Shown: in pieces, positions 37,700 to 52,422 of the stretch
Numbering within the stretch: position 1 is the stretch's first letter
Layout: each line of letters starts with the position of its first letter
NCBI RefSeq assembly: GCF_009914755.1
Contig: NC_060929.1
Length of the DNA: 64,000 bases
Direction: 5' to 3' (one strand)
Source of the DNA: the human T2T-CHM13v2.0 reference genome, Homo sapiens
Notes under the pieces: generated by a model
Seen by the model: the letters and a program-made list of their open reading frames with translations, nothing else
Told to the model about the DNA's origin: nothing
Databases searched by the model: none
Translations under genes and position numbers: made by a program

Positions 37700-38845
37700 T
37701 ACTAAGTTCTGGCAAGTGTGCTGTGAAGCTGCTACACTCATACGCAATGTCATGGGAGAAAAATCGTCATTTTGGCAGTTGGTACAAGAATTCCATTGTA
37801 GGGAAAGACTCTGTAAAGAAAATAGGAATCATTTATGTAAAATGTTGTGTGCTTAGTGATATGGTCACTTATATATGTCACCACAAACCTTCAGTAGAGC
37901 TATTCTAAAAAGCTACAAAAAATTATTGGTATGTCAGATTTTCTGGGATTTCTGATGAACGGGTTCAATTGTGAGTTAAGGTTAGGGAGCGAGCAAAATT
38001 CAGTCAACCAAAACAGACAAGGATGATCACTGGCAAATGGATTGTATGAATGTAGCAGGTAATCTTCCAAGATGGACATCATCAGCTCATTCCTTCTGTG
38101 TATATACTTGCTAGTTCACCATGGAGAAGGGGAATCTGTTTTACCTGTCCTTGAATCTGGGATGGCCTTGTCCAATACAATGTGGCAGAAGCAGCACTAT
38201 ACCAGTTCTAGTCTTACTCTTTAGCATGTGTGAGAGCTTCTTCTGGGATAAAACCAGCCACATTGTAAGAAATCTGAAGCTTCTGAAACTACCATGATGA
38301 AAGGAAGCCCCAGCCAGGAGGAGAATCTACATAGAGGAGAACCAAGGAATTAGACATATGACCCCAGTCACAAGTCAAATATATGAACCAGTCCCCCAGC
38401 CATTTGAGTAATACCAACAGAGTCCCAGCCCATTTTAGGAGCAGAGGTAAGATGTCCCTGCAGTATCTTATCCGAATTTCTGTCCCATGGAATTGTGATA
38501 CAAACAATTGTGTTTTAAGCTACTATTTGGGGGGATAGTTTTCTATTTAAAAAATAGATAACTACATGTCAAAAATGAGAAAAGTAAATTATGATCCATT
38601 AATTAGACAGAACTTTATGTATTCTTTATGAGTGATGCAGTGAAACACAACATTGCAAATACTTACAAAGTAATGTTACATGAAAAATTGGCATGCAAAA
38701 TTATGTTTGCCCTCTGATTAAAATTGGATAAAGACATAATAAACATAATGAAAAGAGATATAGAAAAAATGCATCAATGACCTAATATTTGTGTTTACAG
38801 TTGATATTGATTAAATATAATAAATATATAATAAAACTTAAAAAA
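37700..38845 (+). mobile_element. Old L1ME-like fragments flanking an MLT insertion
   Basis: taagttctggcaagtgtg...actcatac; aattccattgtaggga. Confidence 0.45.
38051..38566 (+). mobile_element. MLT1G/H-like LTR
   Basis: tgtagcagg...caagatgg; ccttgaatctggg; aatgtggcagaag; tgttttaagctact...aatagataactaca. Confidence 0.8.
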
Positions 38846-39779
38846 ATTCATGAATGCTACCTCAGTCATTTCAGGTCTGGAATTTTAGAAATATTTAGGG
38901 ATTGTATGGTATGAGGATAAGATATTAGGAAAAAGCTAACTTAAAAAATCAACAGAAAAATGATTTATATTTTGTTTCTAAATCATGCCTGGGGTGACTG
39001 AAATCTTCTATAATACAGTTACTGACCTAAGGTGGAATTTAAATAAATACTGATTGAAAGAAAAGAGGAAGGGAGGAGATGAAGAGTGAGTGAAAAATGA
39101 CAAATTTTAGTCCTAGATTTCAAGGAAAAGGCACCCTAATAAAAAATATGCACCTTGAGTGGGACACTATAAGACTCAATATAATAGTAGCTAATGCAAA
39201 ATTACATGGTTTAAATTAATATGAAGTATTCTCTTTTTATTCATGTTTGCATTACCAACATTTGTTTTAAAATTAGTTGGTTGGACAGCAGAACACATTT
39301 TCCCATAGAAATGACCAAACAGTGGTACTGTGCCAAAATGAGGTTTGGCTTTATTCATGACCGTTGAGATTTGCTACTGGTAACAAAACTTCCCAAGGAC
39401 CAAATACTCAGCAAATCAAACTAACCACAGAGACTTTAGTATATTTTCTGGCTTCTCAATGAGATAAAGTTGGAGATCTGTTGGAGTTATAACAGTAAGT
39501 AACTTCAGAAACATTTTGATACTGCGAGGATCTCACAGATTTACAATTACGCTAGTTGACAAGTTATAATTGAAAAAGGTATTTTCTTTATTGATAAAGA
39601 TATGAGGAGGCCTTCCTCTAGAGAGTCACACAGTATATAGCATTTAATTTTCATTTGATCAAACACTTACAACTAATATTTTAGTAATATGGCTATTTAA
39701 TCACAAATAATATACATATTCGATATGAATGGTCATTAGTGTGTTTATTATAGCTCTGAAAACAAATAAATACAAGTAA

Positions 39780-40465
39780 AAGAGTGACCTTTACTCCAGT
39801 TCCCAACAGTTTCCTCATCTCCATCTGAGACCACCTCAGCCAGGACTTCATTGTCCATATCATTATTAGCATTTTCATCAAAGTCATACAATGAGTCTCT
39901 AGGAAGTTCCAAACCTTCCCATATCTTCCTGTCTTCTGAGCCCTTCAAGTCTCTACAAAGTTCCAAACTTTCCCATATTTTCCTCTTTTTTTCTGAGCCC
40001 TACAAACTGTTCCAACCTCTGCCTGTTACCCTGTTCCAAAGCGGCTTTCATATTTTTGGGTATCTTTGTAACAGCACCCCACTCTCTGCAGTCCCAATTT
40101 ACTGTATTAGCCCATTCTTGTGCCACTAATAAAGACATACCCGAGACTGGGTAATTTATAAAGGTAAGAGGTTTAATTGACTCACGGTTCCATAGGGCTG
40201 GGGAACCCTCAGAAAACTTACAGTCATGGTGGAAGCAGAAGCAAATACATCCTTCTTTACATGGCGACAGCAAGAATTGCCGAATAAAAGGCCCCTTATA
40301 AAACCATCAGATCTCATGAGAACTCACTCACTATTATGAGAACAGCATGGAAGTAATGACCCCCACAGTGCAATTACTTATGACCAGGTCCCTCCCATGA
40401 CGTGGGGATTATGGGAACTACAATTCAAGACGAGATTTGGGTGGGGACATAGCCAAATCATATCA
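39780..40465 (-). mobile_element. THE1D-like 5' LTR (40103-40465) plus truncated internal sequence (39780-40102)
   Basis: LTR tgtattagccc...agccaaatcatatca; internal ORF1-like DMDNEVLAEVVSDGDEE. Confidence 0.92.
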
Positions 40466-40702
40466 CCCACTAGTGAAGAAAGTAAACTACAAGGTGAGAT
40501 ATAGACCTCAAATACAATTTCCTTTCCTTCTCTCTTTCCTGCCAGCCTTCTCTTACACTCCAAAACTTCTGGACAAACACCTTGCAATTCAGACTCTGGA
40601 TAACAACCTCTAATTGTTTAAGGTACTTAAGGGAAGAAAAATGAAGATTTTAGGAATCTTCTTAAGTTGGCACAAACTGAAAAACTATACAAAGTGTTGT
40701 TA

Positions 40703-41107
<405 letters not shown>

Positions 41108-41577
41108 TCAACCTGGAAAAGGAGCACTAGACAATATGTGTAGTGGTTTTTCTAAGGTAAAACAGAACATGGATTATAATTCCTGATTCTTTAAATCCCT
41201 GAGTATCTGCTTAGTTATGTGCCTGGATATGTTAAATTGTCCCACATCAAAAGGCTTAAATAAAAATTGCTTTATATGATGGGTCTCCTCTGGTTTAGCA
41301 AATGTCTCAAAAGCTTAGATGTTCTTGTGTAATAATTTACTAAGTATTATCATATTACTTTATTAGAAGATCAAGCAGTGTAATTTGTTTTCTGACACTT
41401 GTATCTTCAAATTCTCAATTTCATAAGAGTGAAAGACTATTCTTAAAATAAAAACCAGAGAATTGTCAAATTTCATGAAGCCGTTTGGGAAGCCAAATGG
41501 TTGTATTCATACTGTGTTACAGCTATACTAAACCTTGCTTTTAGAATACCTACAGGGCTCTTTTTTTTTGTTTCTAT

Positions 41578-41605
41578 CAACAACAACAACAACAACAACA
41601 AAAAC
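41578..41605 (+). repeat. (CAA)n microsatellite
   Basis: Seen directly. Confidence 0.9.
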
Positions 41606-42269
41606 ATGAAAATAAATTCATTTCTTTTGAACATTAAATAACCTGGAAAGATAACAATTGAAAAAAAAATCTAAAAATTCAGTAGGTTCTCCCCTAGGAT
41701 GGACAAAGAGATAATTGAGATTATGATTTTCTAAATAATTACTATTTATTCTGAGGGCTGCTTAAAAGCATTGCATATTCACTGAGAGTTCATTAATAAT
41801 CATAATGATCTCAAATGTTTGTATAATGTTTCAGGGATGTTCATATAAATTTGCACAAGAACTGTCAACACATGCCTACTCTTAAAGAATACATTTCTGC
41901 ATCAGATTCACCCACACATAGTTAACCACGTTAGGCTATTGTGCATTGAAGAGTTCATATTTGGCTTGTGTGGGCAAAATGACATTCTCAGTTCTTTAAT
42001 AAAATGATCTTATTGAACCCATTTCTGATCAGGTAAAGAAACCACCCTGGAATGCTTTCCAAAAACTCAACTATGATTCGTTACTTTTTTTCTCTTTCTA
42101 TTCCTTTGCAACTCCTCTCTTTATGAATTTACATTGCCCCTCTTTAGTTTATTCTAAAATGTAGTCCTTCAAATATTGTAAATAAACATGGGGGATTAGT
42201 TCAGTTAAATAACTAGCAGAGAGCCTTTGGTATCACAATAATATTTTCTGTAAATATCTCAGTCCCCTT

Positions 42270-43577
42270 TGTATTAGTCCATTTTCACACTGCTGATAAA
42301 GACATACCAGAGACTGGGCAATTTGCAAAAGAAAGAAGTTTAATGGACTTGCAGTTCAACATGGCTGGAGAGGCCTCACAATCATGGTGGAAAGCAGGAA
42401 GGAGCAAGTCACATCTTACATGGATGGCAGCAGGCTTGCACCCTCTGAAACCATGGCCTGAGCTCTACATTGGCCCCTTTCAGCCATGGATGGAACAGCT
42501 GGGATGTAGAGCACCAAGTCCCAAGGCTGCACACAGCACAAAGACCCTATGCCTGGCCCATGAAACCATTTTTTCCTCCTAGGCCTCAGGGCCTGTGATG
42601 GAAGGGCTGCCATGAAGACCCCTGACATACCCTGGAGACATTTTCCCTATTTCTTGGGGATTAACATTCAGCTCCTCATTACTTGTGCAAATTTCTGCAG
42701 CCAGCTTGAATTTCTCCTCAGAAAATGGGATTTTCTTTTCTATCACATTGTCAGGCTGCAAATTTTCTGAACTTTTATGCTCTGCTTCCCTTATAAAAGT
42801 GAATGCCTTTAATAGCACCCAAGTCACATCTTGAATGCTTTGCTGCTTGGAAATTTCTTCTGCCAGATACCCTAAATCATCCCTTTCAAGTTCAAAGTTC
42901 CACAAATATTTAAGGCAGGGGCAAAATGCCACCAGTCTCTTTACTAAGACTTAGCAAGAATAACCTTTGCTCCAGTTCCCAAGTTCCTCGTTTCCATCTG
43001 AGACCACCTCAGCCTGGACTTTATTGTCCATATCGCTATCAATATTTTGGGCAAAGCATTTCAATAAGTCTCTAGAAAGTTCCAAATTTTCCCACATTTT
43101 CTTCTCTTTTTCTGAGCCCTCCAAACTCTTCCAACCTCTGCCTCTTACCCAGTTCCAAAGTCGCTTCCACATTTTCAGCAGCACCCCACTTTACTGGTGC
43201 CAATTTATTATATTATTCCATTTTCACATTGCTGATAAAGACATACCGGAGACTGGGCAATTTATAAAATAAAGAAGTTTAATGGACTTGCAGTTCAACA
43301 TGGCTGGAGAGGCCTCACAATCATGGCAAAAGGCAGGGAGGAGCAAGTCACTTCTTACATGGATGGCAGCAGGCAAAGAGAGAGCTTATGCAGGGAAACT
43401 CCTGTTTTTAAAACCGTCAGATATTGTGAGACTCATTCACTATCACGAGAACAGCACAGGAAAGACCTACCTCTATAATTCAATCACCCCCCACTGGGTT
43501 CCTCCCATGACATGTAGGAAAAGTGGGAGTTACAATTCAATATGAGATTCAGCTGGGTACCCAGCCAAACCATATTA
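42270..43577 (-). mobile_element. THE1A-like MaLR provirus with internal deletion (5' LTR 43209-43577, internal part, partial 3' LTR 42270-42435)
   Basis: Both LTRs share aagaagtttaatggacttgcagttcaacatggctggagaggcctcacaatcatgg; THE1-int ORF LERDDLGYLAEEISKQQSIQDVTWVLLKAF; near-TSD ccctt/ctctt. Confidence 0.95.
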
Positions 43578-43984
43578 CTCTTCCTATTTAATGTGTCACC
43601 ATTGTGAAAAATAAAGCTCAGAGGACATTTGCAACAAATTTTATGAAAAAAATTGCTATCAGGAAATATGTCCTACTATGAAAATATAGGTATCTTGCCT
43701 GCAACTTCACCTAGCAAAATACTATCAGGAAATTTTCTATTTAAATTCCCTAGAGTAATTTACCCATTTACCTGTTCAATAACTTATTAACTACTTCATT
43801 CAGAAAACATTTATGTAGAAGTATGCTAAATGCTAGTGATAAAAGAATGAAGAACAATCCCTATCACAGAGGAGATGGCTACTTTGATAATTCATCTTTA
43901 AAATCTATTTTTTATTCCAATGAATAGTCTCTGTGAAGATGTATGTGCATGATGAATATTTTCCATGTGAGATTCTAAACTGTA

Positions 43985-44600
<616 letters not shown>

Positions 44601-44604
44601 ATGC

Positions 44605-47600
44605 AGAAATTGGAAAAGAATGTTGGCTCCTTTCTAACAATAAAAAGAAGCTATATAGTTTACAAAATGATAGCTCTCCTTGAACCCATCAGGGTAGTGG
44701 GATTGGAGGACAAACAAGTATCCTGAAATCCAAAGAAAAACAGGAGCTTCCAAGGAAATATGGATGTCAAATACAGACCCACCAGGAGCAGAGCAAGGGA
44801 GGAAGATAGAGCTGCTAAACAAAGCAGTTAAGAAACATTCAGCTAAATTTTTAACACATTGCTAAACTGTGGATTAACATGAGAACAGAGAACCTTTGGG
44901 AGGCCAAAACACAAGGGAGTCTACATCCACTCAAAGTTTCCTCTCTATACATTTCCACTAGGTCAAGTGGATAAGGCTGTCACTGTAGGAAAACCCAGAG
45001 ATCCTGTGCAGATCCTTTCCCCCAACGAAGCAAAAGTCTAAAGTTGTGAGAAAGACAACAACCCCTGACATTCCAGGATACAGGTGTAAACCCATTGTAC
45101 CTAGAGGTAGGAGAGAAATTAACCCCTCCACTATTAGCAGAGAGTCAGGAAACGGAAGTCCCTGGTTATGCCAATGACAAAGGGAATGATGCTGTATAAA
45201 GACACCAATATATGATGATGTATAAAGAATCCCCCAGTTTCACACCACTAGGCTAATAAGCACAGAGTAGCAAGAAACAGTAGTGCACCTCTGGGGCAAG
45301 GGCAAGAGCATGAAGAGAGACTCTGAGATAAAAGCACAGGGATGCAGCCTAATGCTGACAGTGAGGAAGAAATAATGAGAAAACCCTCTGATAAACCAGT
45401 CCCATGCCAAGAACATGCTAATGCCAGATAAATTTGAAGTCAGTGTACACTGAAGGTAATCAAAGCAGTGATGAAAAGTAAACCCATCTAACCCTCTGAC
45501 CAGATTGACTCACACTCTTACCCTTACAGCAAAGGAAAGGAAAGTGCATGCCTATTTACATGCATGAATGCCATTTGTAAACCACATAAAATCTATTCTC
45601 TGATCATAACAAAATTAAACTAGGAATCAATAACAAAAGTAAACCTGGAAAATATTCAAGTATTTGGAAATGAAACAATACACTTCTACATAATTCATGA
45701 CTTAAAAAATAAGTCTTAAAAAATTTAGAAAATAGTTTCAATTTAAAAAAAATAAAAACACGTCATCATTTGTGGGATGCAGCTAATTCAGTAGTTAGAG
45801 GGAAATCTATAGCATTACTGTTTACTTAAGAAAAGAGCGAAAGTCTGAAATCAAAGCTTCCATGTTAATAAACTAGAAAAAGAAAGGAAAAGCAAAAGTA
45901 AACAAAAGGAAGGAAATAGTAAAGATGAGGGCAGAAAACAATGATATTGCAAACCAAAAAACAGTAGAGAAAATCACGAAAACCAGAAGCTATTTATTTT
46001 CTTAAAATTAACAAAATAGATAAATTTCTAGTCATACTTAGCAAGAAAAAAACAGAATATGAAATTAACAATATCAACTATGGAAGAAATGAATCACTAA
46101 AAACCTGCAGATATTAAAATAATAACATAAGAATATTATGAATAATGTAATGCCCATAAATGTTGGCAGCAGAAAAAATGGACAGATGCCTTGAAAGAAA
46201 AACCACCAAAGCTCACTCAAGAAAAACAGATAAACTAAATGATCTTGTATTTACTGGATTAATTGAATTTTTAATTAAAAACCCTCCAATGGAAACAAAC
46301 AAACAAAAAACTTAGATAGGTTCATTAATGGCTTTACTGGTAAATTCTACCAAACATTTAGGAAAAAAGTTATACCAATTCAATGTAAAAATTTTCAGAA
46401 AATATTAGAAGAGAGAACGTTTTCTAATTTACTTTATGAAGCTAGCATTACCCTGAAAGTCAAATCAGACAAAGCCATTACAAGGAAACAAACTTACAAA
46501 CCAATATGCCTCATAAATATAGATGTACAAATGCTTAGCACAATTGAATACAGCAATATGTACAAATGGTGATTTAACATTATCAATCAAAGTAATTCCA
46601 TTGTACCAATAGACTACAGAAAAGAAAAACACATGATCATTTCAATCAATTCAGAAGAATCATTTGACAAAATATAATACTTGCTCATGATAAAAACTCA
46701 GGAAACTAGGGATCAAAGGGAACTTTCTCACTCCATTAAAAGACACTTAAAAATAAAATTTACAGCCAACATCATACTTAATATTAAAATGTAATTAAGC
46801 ACATAAAAGAACCATAAAGCTGTGCAGCTCATACTAGCAGACTTTGAGTTACTTTTCAAACCACAGTAATAAAGATAGTATTATATTGGAGAAAGAATGG
46901 AAACACAAATTAATTGTGAAGAATAGAGGGTCCAGAAATAGACCCATGCATATATGGTGAATTGATTTTTGAATAAGTTGCAAAAGACAATGGAAAATGG
47001 ATGGTCTTTTCAACAAGTGATGTTGGAACTATTGAACATTGAGGACCAAAATAATTAACCTTAAGTTATACCTTTTGATTTAAGCAAAATTAAGTAAAAA
47101 GAAATCATATCCCTAAATGTAAAACTAAAACTAGAAAGCTTCTTTATAAAAGCATTGGAGAAAATCTTTGTGAATGAATGTGAGTTAGGTAAATATTTTT
47201 TTAAGTATAATATGACAGGCATATACTATAAAAGAAAAAATATATATAAAATGGACTTCATTAAAATTAAAAATTTTACCCTTCAAAAGATAATGTTAAG
47301 ACAATAAAAAAGAAAGACCAGATGGGAGAATATATTTGTAAAATACATATCTGATGAAGGATTTTTCTCCAGAATGTATAAAGGATTTTTCTTCAGAATA
47401 AAGAATTTTTAAAGCTCTATTCTAAGAAAACAAACAAACAAACCAATAAAAAATGGTCAAGATATTTCAACAGCCATTTCAATGAAGAAGAAATACAGTT
47501 GTCAGGCAAGTTCATTAACAGATATTGTAAATAGTATACTCAGTATCACTAGTGATTAGGGAAATGCACATCAAAACCAAAATGAGCTATATGGAAGGAA

Positions 47601-48920
47601 GTATTCTAAGATGGCCCCACAATGATCCATGCCCTTGTATATTGCCCTTTCCTTGAGTGTAAATAGAGCTTGTAACTATGATGAAATATCACTTCCATGA
47701 TTAGGCTATGTTATAAGGCAAAGGTGAAGGGATTTTGCAGATATAATTAAGATCCCTCCTCAGTTGATTTTTAGCTAATTCAAATGGAGATAATCTGAGT
47801 AGATCTAATTTAATTTGGTGAGCTCTTAAAAGAGGGTTTAGTGGTTAGAAACAGGAAATCAGAGCAATGCTCCTATTGGCTCCAAAGAAGTAAACTGCCA
47901 TTTTGTGAGAAGACCTGAGAATGAGGGACCTCCAGCAACTGAGAGTGGCCTCAGGCCAAAGGAGAGCAAGAAAACAGAGGCCTCAGTCTTAAAATATAAA
48001 AAACCAAACTCTGCCAACAACCTGAATTAGTTTGGAAGAGGACTCTAGGCCTCAGATGAGATAGCAGCTCCACTGACACCTTGATTTCCATCTTGGGAGA
48101 CCCTGAACAGAGTATCCAGCTAATCTGTGACTAGCGGTCTGTCTCCCAGGACATTTGAGATAATAAATTTGTGTTGCTTTAAGGTGCTTTGTTTGTGGTA
48201 CTTTGCTATGCAGCAATATAAACTAATAAAATACCACTGCACACTTATGAGAATGGTCAAACAAAAACTGACAATAGTAAGTGCTATTTGCAATGACACA
48301 GAATGATTGGAACTCATACATTACTGATGAAATGCAAAATTCTACAAATGCTTCACAAAATAACTTGTCAGTTTCTTATAAGGATATACATACACTCAGC
48401 ACATGACCCAGTAATCCTTTGCTTAGGTATTTATTTCAGAGATGTGATCATCTATGTTCACACAAAAACTTGTAGGCTAATGTTTATGGTGGCTTTATAC
48501 ATAAATGCCAAAAGCTGAAAGAACCCAAATGTCCTCCATGAAAGGTTAATCTGTGGAACATCTGTGCAGTGGAATACTATTCATCAATAAAAAAGAAATG
48601 AATGTTTGATACATGCAATTACATTGATGGATGTCAAATATATAAGCTAAGTGAAAAAATCTATGTACTTTATGAGTTTATTAATTTTTACATTTCAGAA
48701 AAAGGAAAAATTATAGAGAAATAAAATAAGTCAGTAGTTGCCAGGGATTAGGGTGATCAAACATATTAACTACAAAGGCACATGAAGAATTCTTTGAGGA
48801 GATACAACAGTTCAATATTTTTATTTTGTGGTGGTGACTACATACAATTTGCCAAAACTCATAAACTGTACACAGAAAATATTCATTTCTTTGTATATAG
48901 CTTATACCTCAATTAAAATA
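44605..48920 (+). mobile_element. Old L1M (L1ME1-like 3' end): probable 5' region plus deleted ORF2 and 3' UTR
   Basis: FSDHNKIKLGIN endonuclease end, catgatcatttcaat..cagaagaatcatttgacaaaat, ccagaaatagacccat; 3' UTR gtagttgccaggg...ttatacctcaattaaa. Confidence 0.8.
47590..48229 (+). mobile_element. MLT1E-like LTR inserted in the L1
   Basis: ttctaagatggccccca...gggattttgcagatataattaag...gcagcaatataaactaata; splits L1 aatgag.ta|ccac. Confidence 0.88.
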
Positions 48921-48939
48921 TTGATATGTAAAACAAAAT

Positions 48940-49310
48940 ATAGCTGCTGTATTAAAATATCAGTGGCTTAATACAGCACAAATTTATCTCTTGCTCAGAA
49001 AATTTCAAAATAGACATTTGCAATCAATCCATGAGCAGTTCTCCTACACGTGGTGATTCAGGAACAAAATTCCCTCCATCTTGTTCATGTGTTCAGTATA
49101 TGAACCCCAGGCTGGTCTGCTTCAAGTTAAATAAGAGAAAGAGCATGGGTTTTCACACATTAGAGGGCAAGGCCTGAAAGTGACTTGTGTCACATTTGCT
49201 AACATCCACTGCCCAGCACTGAGTCCAGAGCTACAGCTAACTGAAGGGAGGCAGTAGAATTTACACAAGTGGTTTGTATAAACAAAACATGTTTTGTGAA
49301 TAGATAACCA
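48940..49310 (-). mobile_element. Old ERVL/MaLR LTR (MLT1K/L or LTR33-like)
   Basis: tcagtggcttaatacagcacaaatttatctcttgctca; gtgattcagga...ttccctccatcttg; ggcctgaaagtgac. Confidence 0.6.
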
Positions 49311-51434
49311 GTCTATTTATTACTTTTATAGTAAATATAAAAGCATAGACTATTTCCCACATATAATAAAGTTTAGGCCTTAAAATTAAACAAATAAAAA
49401 ACAAAAAACATAAGATATAACAAATGATAATAAAAATGGATGTTTATTTTTGTAGAACACTACATTGTTATGGAATATTTCTGCTAGAATAATGTATCAT
49501 TTTAAAGTGAATTGAGAAAAATATTCTTGCATGAAATATTTACCTATGATGTTTTCTTTTGGAATTCTTCCGACTTGTGGCTTGTCTTCTGAGTTGCAGT
49601 TCAGATATTTTTCCACTATGTCACTTTGCCTCCCCAAATTCAAATTAGAGAGGTATACCTGGAACAAGGATGACTTCCTGAAGAAATCTTTACAAAATAC
49701 TTTTATTTTCTACGGATAACTTTTAAATGAGATTTTAGTCCATTTGTCTAACATTAGTATTCATTAGATTTCACTCTAATTTTTTTTTCTTTCCTGATAC
49801 AAGATACTCAGGGATAAAATAAAGGAAAACATTCGTGTTTGGGTTCACTTCAAGAAAAAGCCTTAATATTGATGGACTCTTCAAAATAGTATTTAGTGAC
49901 TTAGATTGGAAAATCCTTTCAAGAATTTGAGACAAATAAACATATTTGGCTTATAATAACATTTTGGTTGCTAGAACATACATCATATAGTAGCATCTAC
50001 ATGAAATGTTGATTATTATCTATTTTTCCATAGGTACATTCTTTTAGGGTTGGTTAGTAAGTAGTATTAGCAAATTTAATAACCTGCAATGTGATTTTGT
50101 TTTAAATTCATAGAATATTTAACATTATTTTCTAAATATTGGGTTTTGTAGTTGGTTCAAGTAATCCCGTAAGTCACTGGTGATGAATGAGAGATCTATT
50201 GCAGTGTAATAATTTATCCTTAGAAATGTTAATTCGAGCAATTCTCACCAAAAGTGCCTAATAAAATTATTTTCTCATCCCATAAATATCATCAAATTAT
50301 TGTTTTAATAAAATTCTAGAAGGAAAAGTGCAAAAAATGGATATTCTGGTCTTCTCTTAAGGACAAGGAAGTAAAATGGCATGGTTTTTAAATTATCTTG
50401 TATGCATAATAAATCAGATATGACATTATAGACTCTGATCATCTGTGTATAAATGCAGATATGGGTTTTTTGTGTATCTGAATTTCATTACTCAAATATT
50501 TTATGATCTGTAAACTAATTTCACTTTAAAATTACAATCTTATGAACGTCTTCTATCAGTCATCATCTATGGTTATTAATGCAAGGGATGTGGCATGTTT
50601 GTATTAAATTGGCACAGCATGAAGTGTGAATTTTGTGATATATTTTAAACTCTATGTTCATGGATTGTTTTCTTCTGAGTGGGTGGATCACAGCTATATA
50701 AAGACACATTATGTTTCAAGGTCTGTCTCAATTTGAAATATATATATTTATTTACAGAGTATAAATAAGAAACAAAATGAGGAAAATTAAATTTGAAGAA
50801 CTCAATATTTCAAAAGCTTGGAGCATTATTTTTAAAATTAGTTTTGAGGAGAGACTAATCAGAGGAACAAAGATTAAGGAAAAGTATCAGCCTGATTCTA
50901 ATGAAAACTAATAGCGTCAAAGAAAAATGTGACCAAGCAAAGTAGGAAAAAAAACAAACAAGCACTGTAAGGTAGATTGTTTTGAGTGTGCCTTTTGGTT
51001 GTTGATGTTTCTAAAGATATCAGAGCTTCTTAAATTTTATTCTGCATGGTAAATCTGGTCTTATAAAGTGGATTAGATATCAATCAGTCATTAATCAAAT
51101 TACTAATTTGTTTTTAGAATTTATTTATCTGGAACGTCATAGAGCTTGGTCAAAATGGCCCAGAAATTTAACATGCTACATATTAACACTAAATTCTTAT
51201 GTTTTTCATGTTAAATGTCATACAGCATAAAAGTGGGACTAACATATAAGACATAGGTGCAGAAAAATGTAATTCATATACATATATGGCAAGCTTTCAA
51301 AACATATTTTCTTCCTTTTGTTTTTATCTCCTTGTCTATGTTGTGGTCATATTACATGAAAAACAAGACTAATACTCTATTAAGGTTTCAGCTTAATAAT
51401 AATATAATTTACTACAAAGAACAGTTTGAGTGCT

Positions 51435-52110
51435 GTCTAGTTCATTTATTCACAAATATTTACCATGCGCCAACTATTGCCAGGCATTATGACACAAAGT
51501 GTAAAAAAATTATATGCTACCTGCCCGGAGCTAATAGTCTAGTCCTATAAATGTTAATTTGAATACTTTAACTAAAAGTGCTTAATATTGTGATTGGGGT
51601 TACATGCTGTGGAGGAGAGTTATATGGTAATATGTGAACATAGAAGAAGAGATCATGGAAAACTTGAGTGACAAAGTAAAATCTTAGTAATGAGCTGTGA
51701 TCTGGAAAATGAGCATGCCTCAGTTAGCAAGAGTAATCCTGGCAGAGGAAACAGGGTGTAGAAATCCGCTACTGCAGAGGGAGCACAGATGAGGAGCAGC
51801 AGTGACTGGGACAGAAAGAATGAGAAGGGTATGAAACACCAAGCTGGAGATGTGTGTGCTTGCTGGACCTTGTAGGCCCTGGTAGGTCATGAATAGATCT
51901 TCTGTCCTTTATCTAAGATTAACGAGAAGTTCTCAAAGTGTTTTAAGTTTGTGTGTGTGTGGAGGAAGGATGTATAGCGTTGCAATGAGAAGATCTGAAT
52001 TTCAGAAAGCTCTTATTGACTTGCGGTGGAGATGACAGAGTCCTTAGTGTCAGGAAGACCAATAGGGAAGTTATTGCAATCATCTAGGTAACAGAGATTG
52101 ATGACTAGCC
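51435..52110 (-). mobile_element. L2 LINE
   Basis: ttcatttattcacaaatattta...tgccaggcatt; ctggcagaggaaacag; ttattgcaatcatctaggt. Confidence 0.75.
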
Positions 52111-52422
52111 TTGTCTCCAGGGGCTATTTTCCAAGACTTCAAGCCTCTGTTCTACAAAAAGGAAGCTTATAGGGTATTATAAGCTTAATTTTCTTACAGT
52201 GGTGGTCAAAATCTAGCCTCCTATATGGAATTAGTATACTTAATATACTTCGGTATAGTGTTAGCTATTTAGAAAGTTGGAAATGAAGAGAAACAAAGAG
52301 AGATAAAGCTAAAGTGTAGAACATACTAAGAAGTTAGGCAGACTTCTGGGGAAAAACAATGAGGGCAGAAGAGAAGGCCTCAAGTCTGTGTATCAAGATG
52401 ACAAATCCTGTGTGTTCTAAGC

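Noticed and set aside
39895-40010. ~55-bp tandem duplication in THE1D internal sequence
   Set aside because: As I recall it is part of the THE1D-int lineage rather than specific to this locus; unverified and low interest
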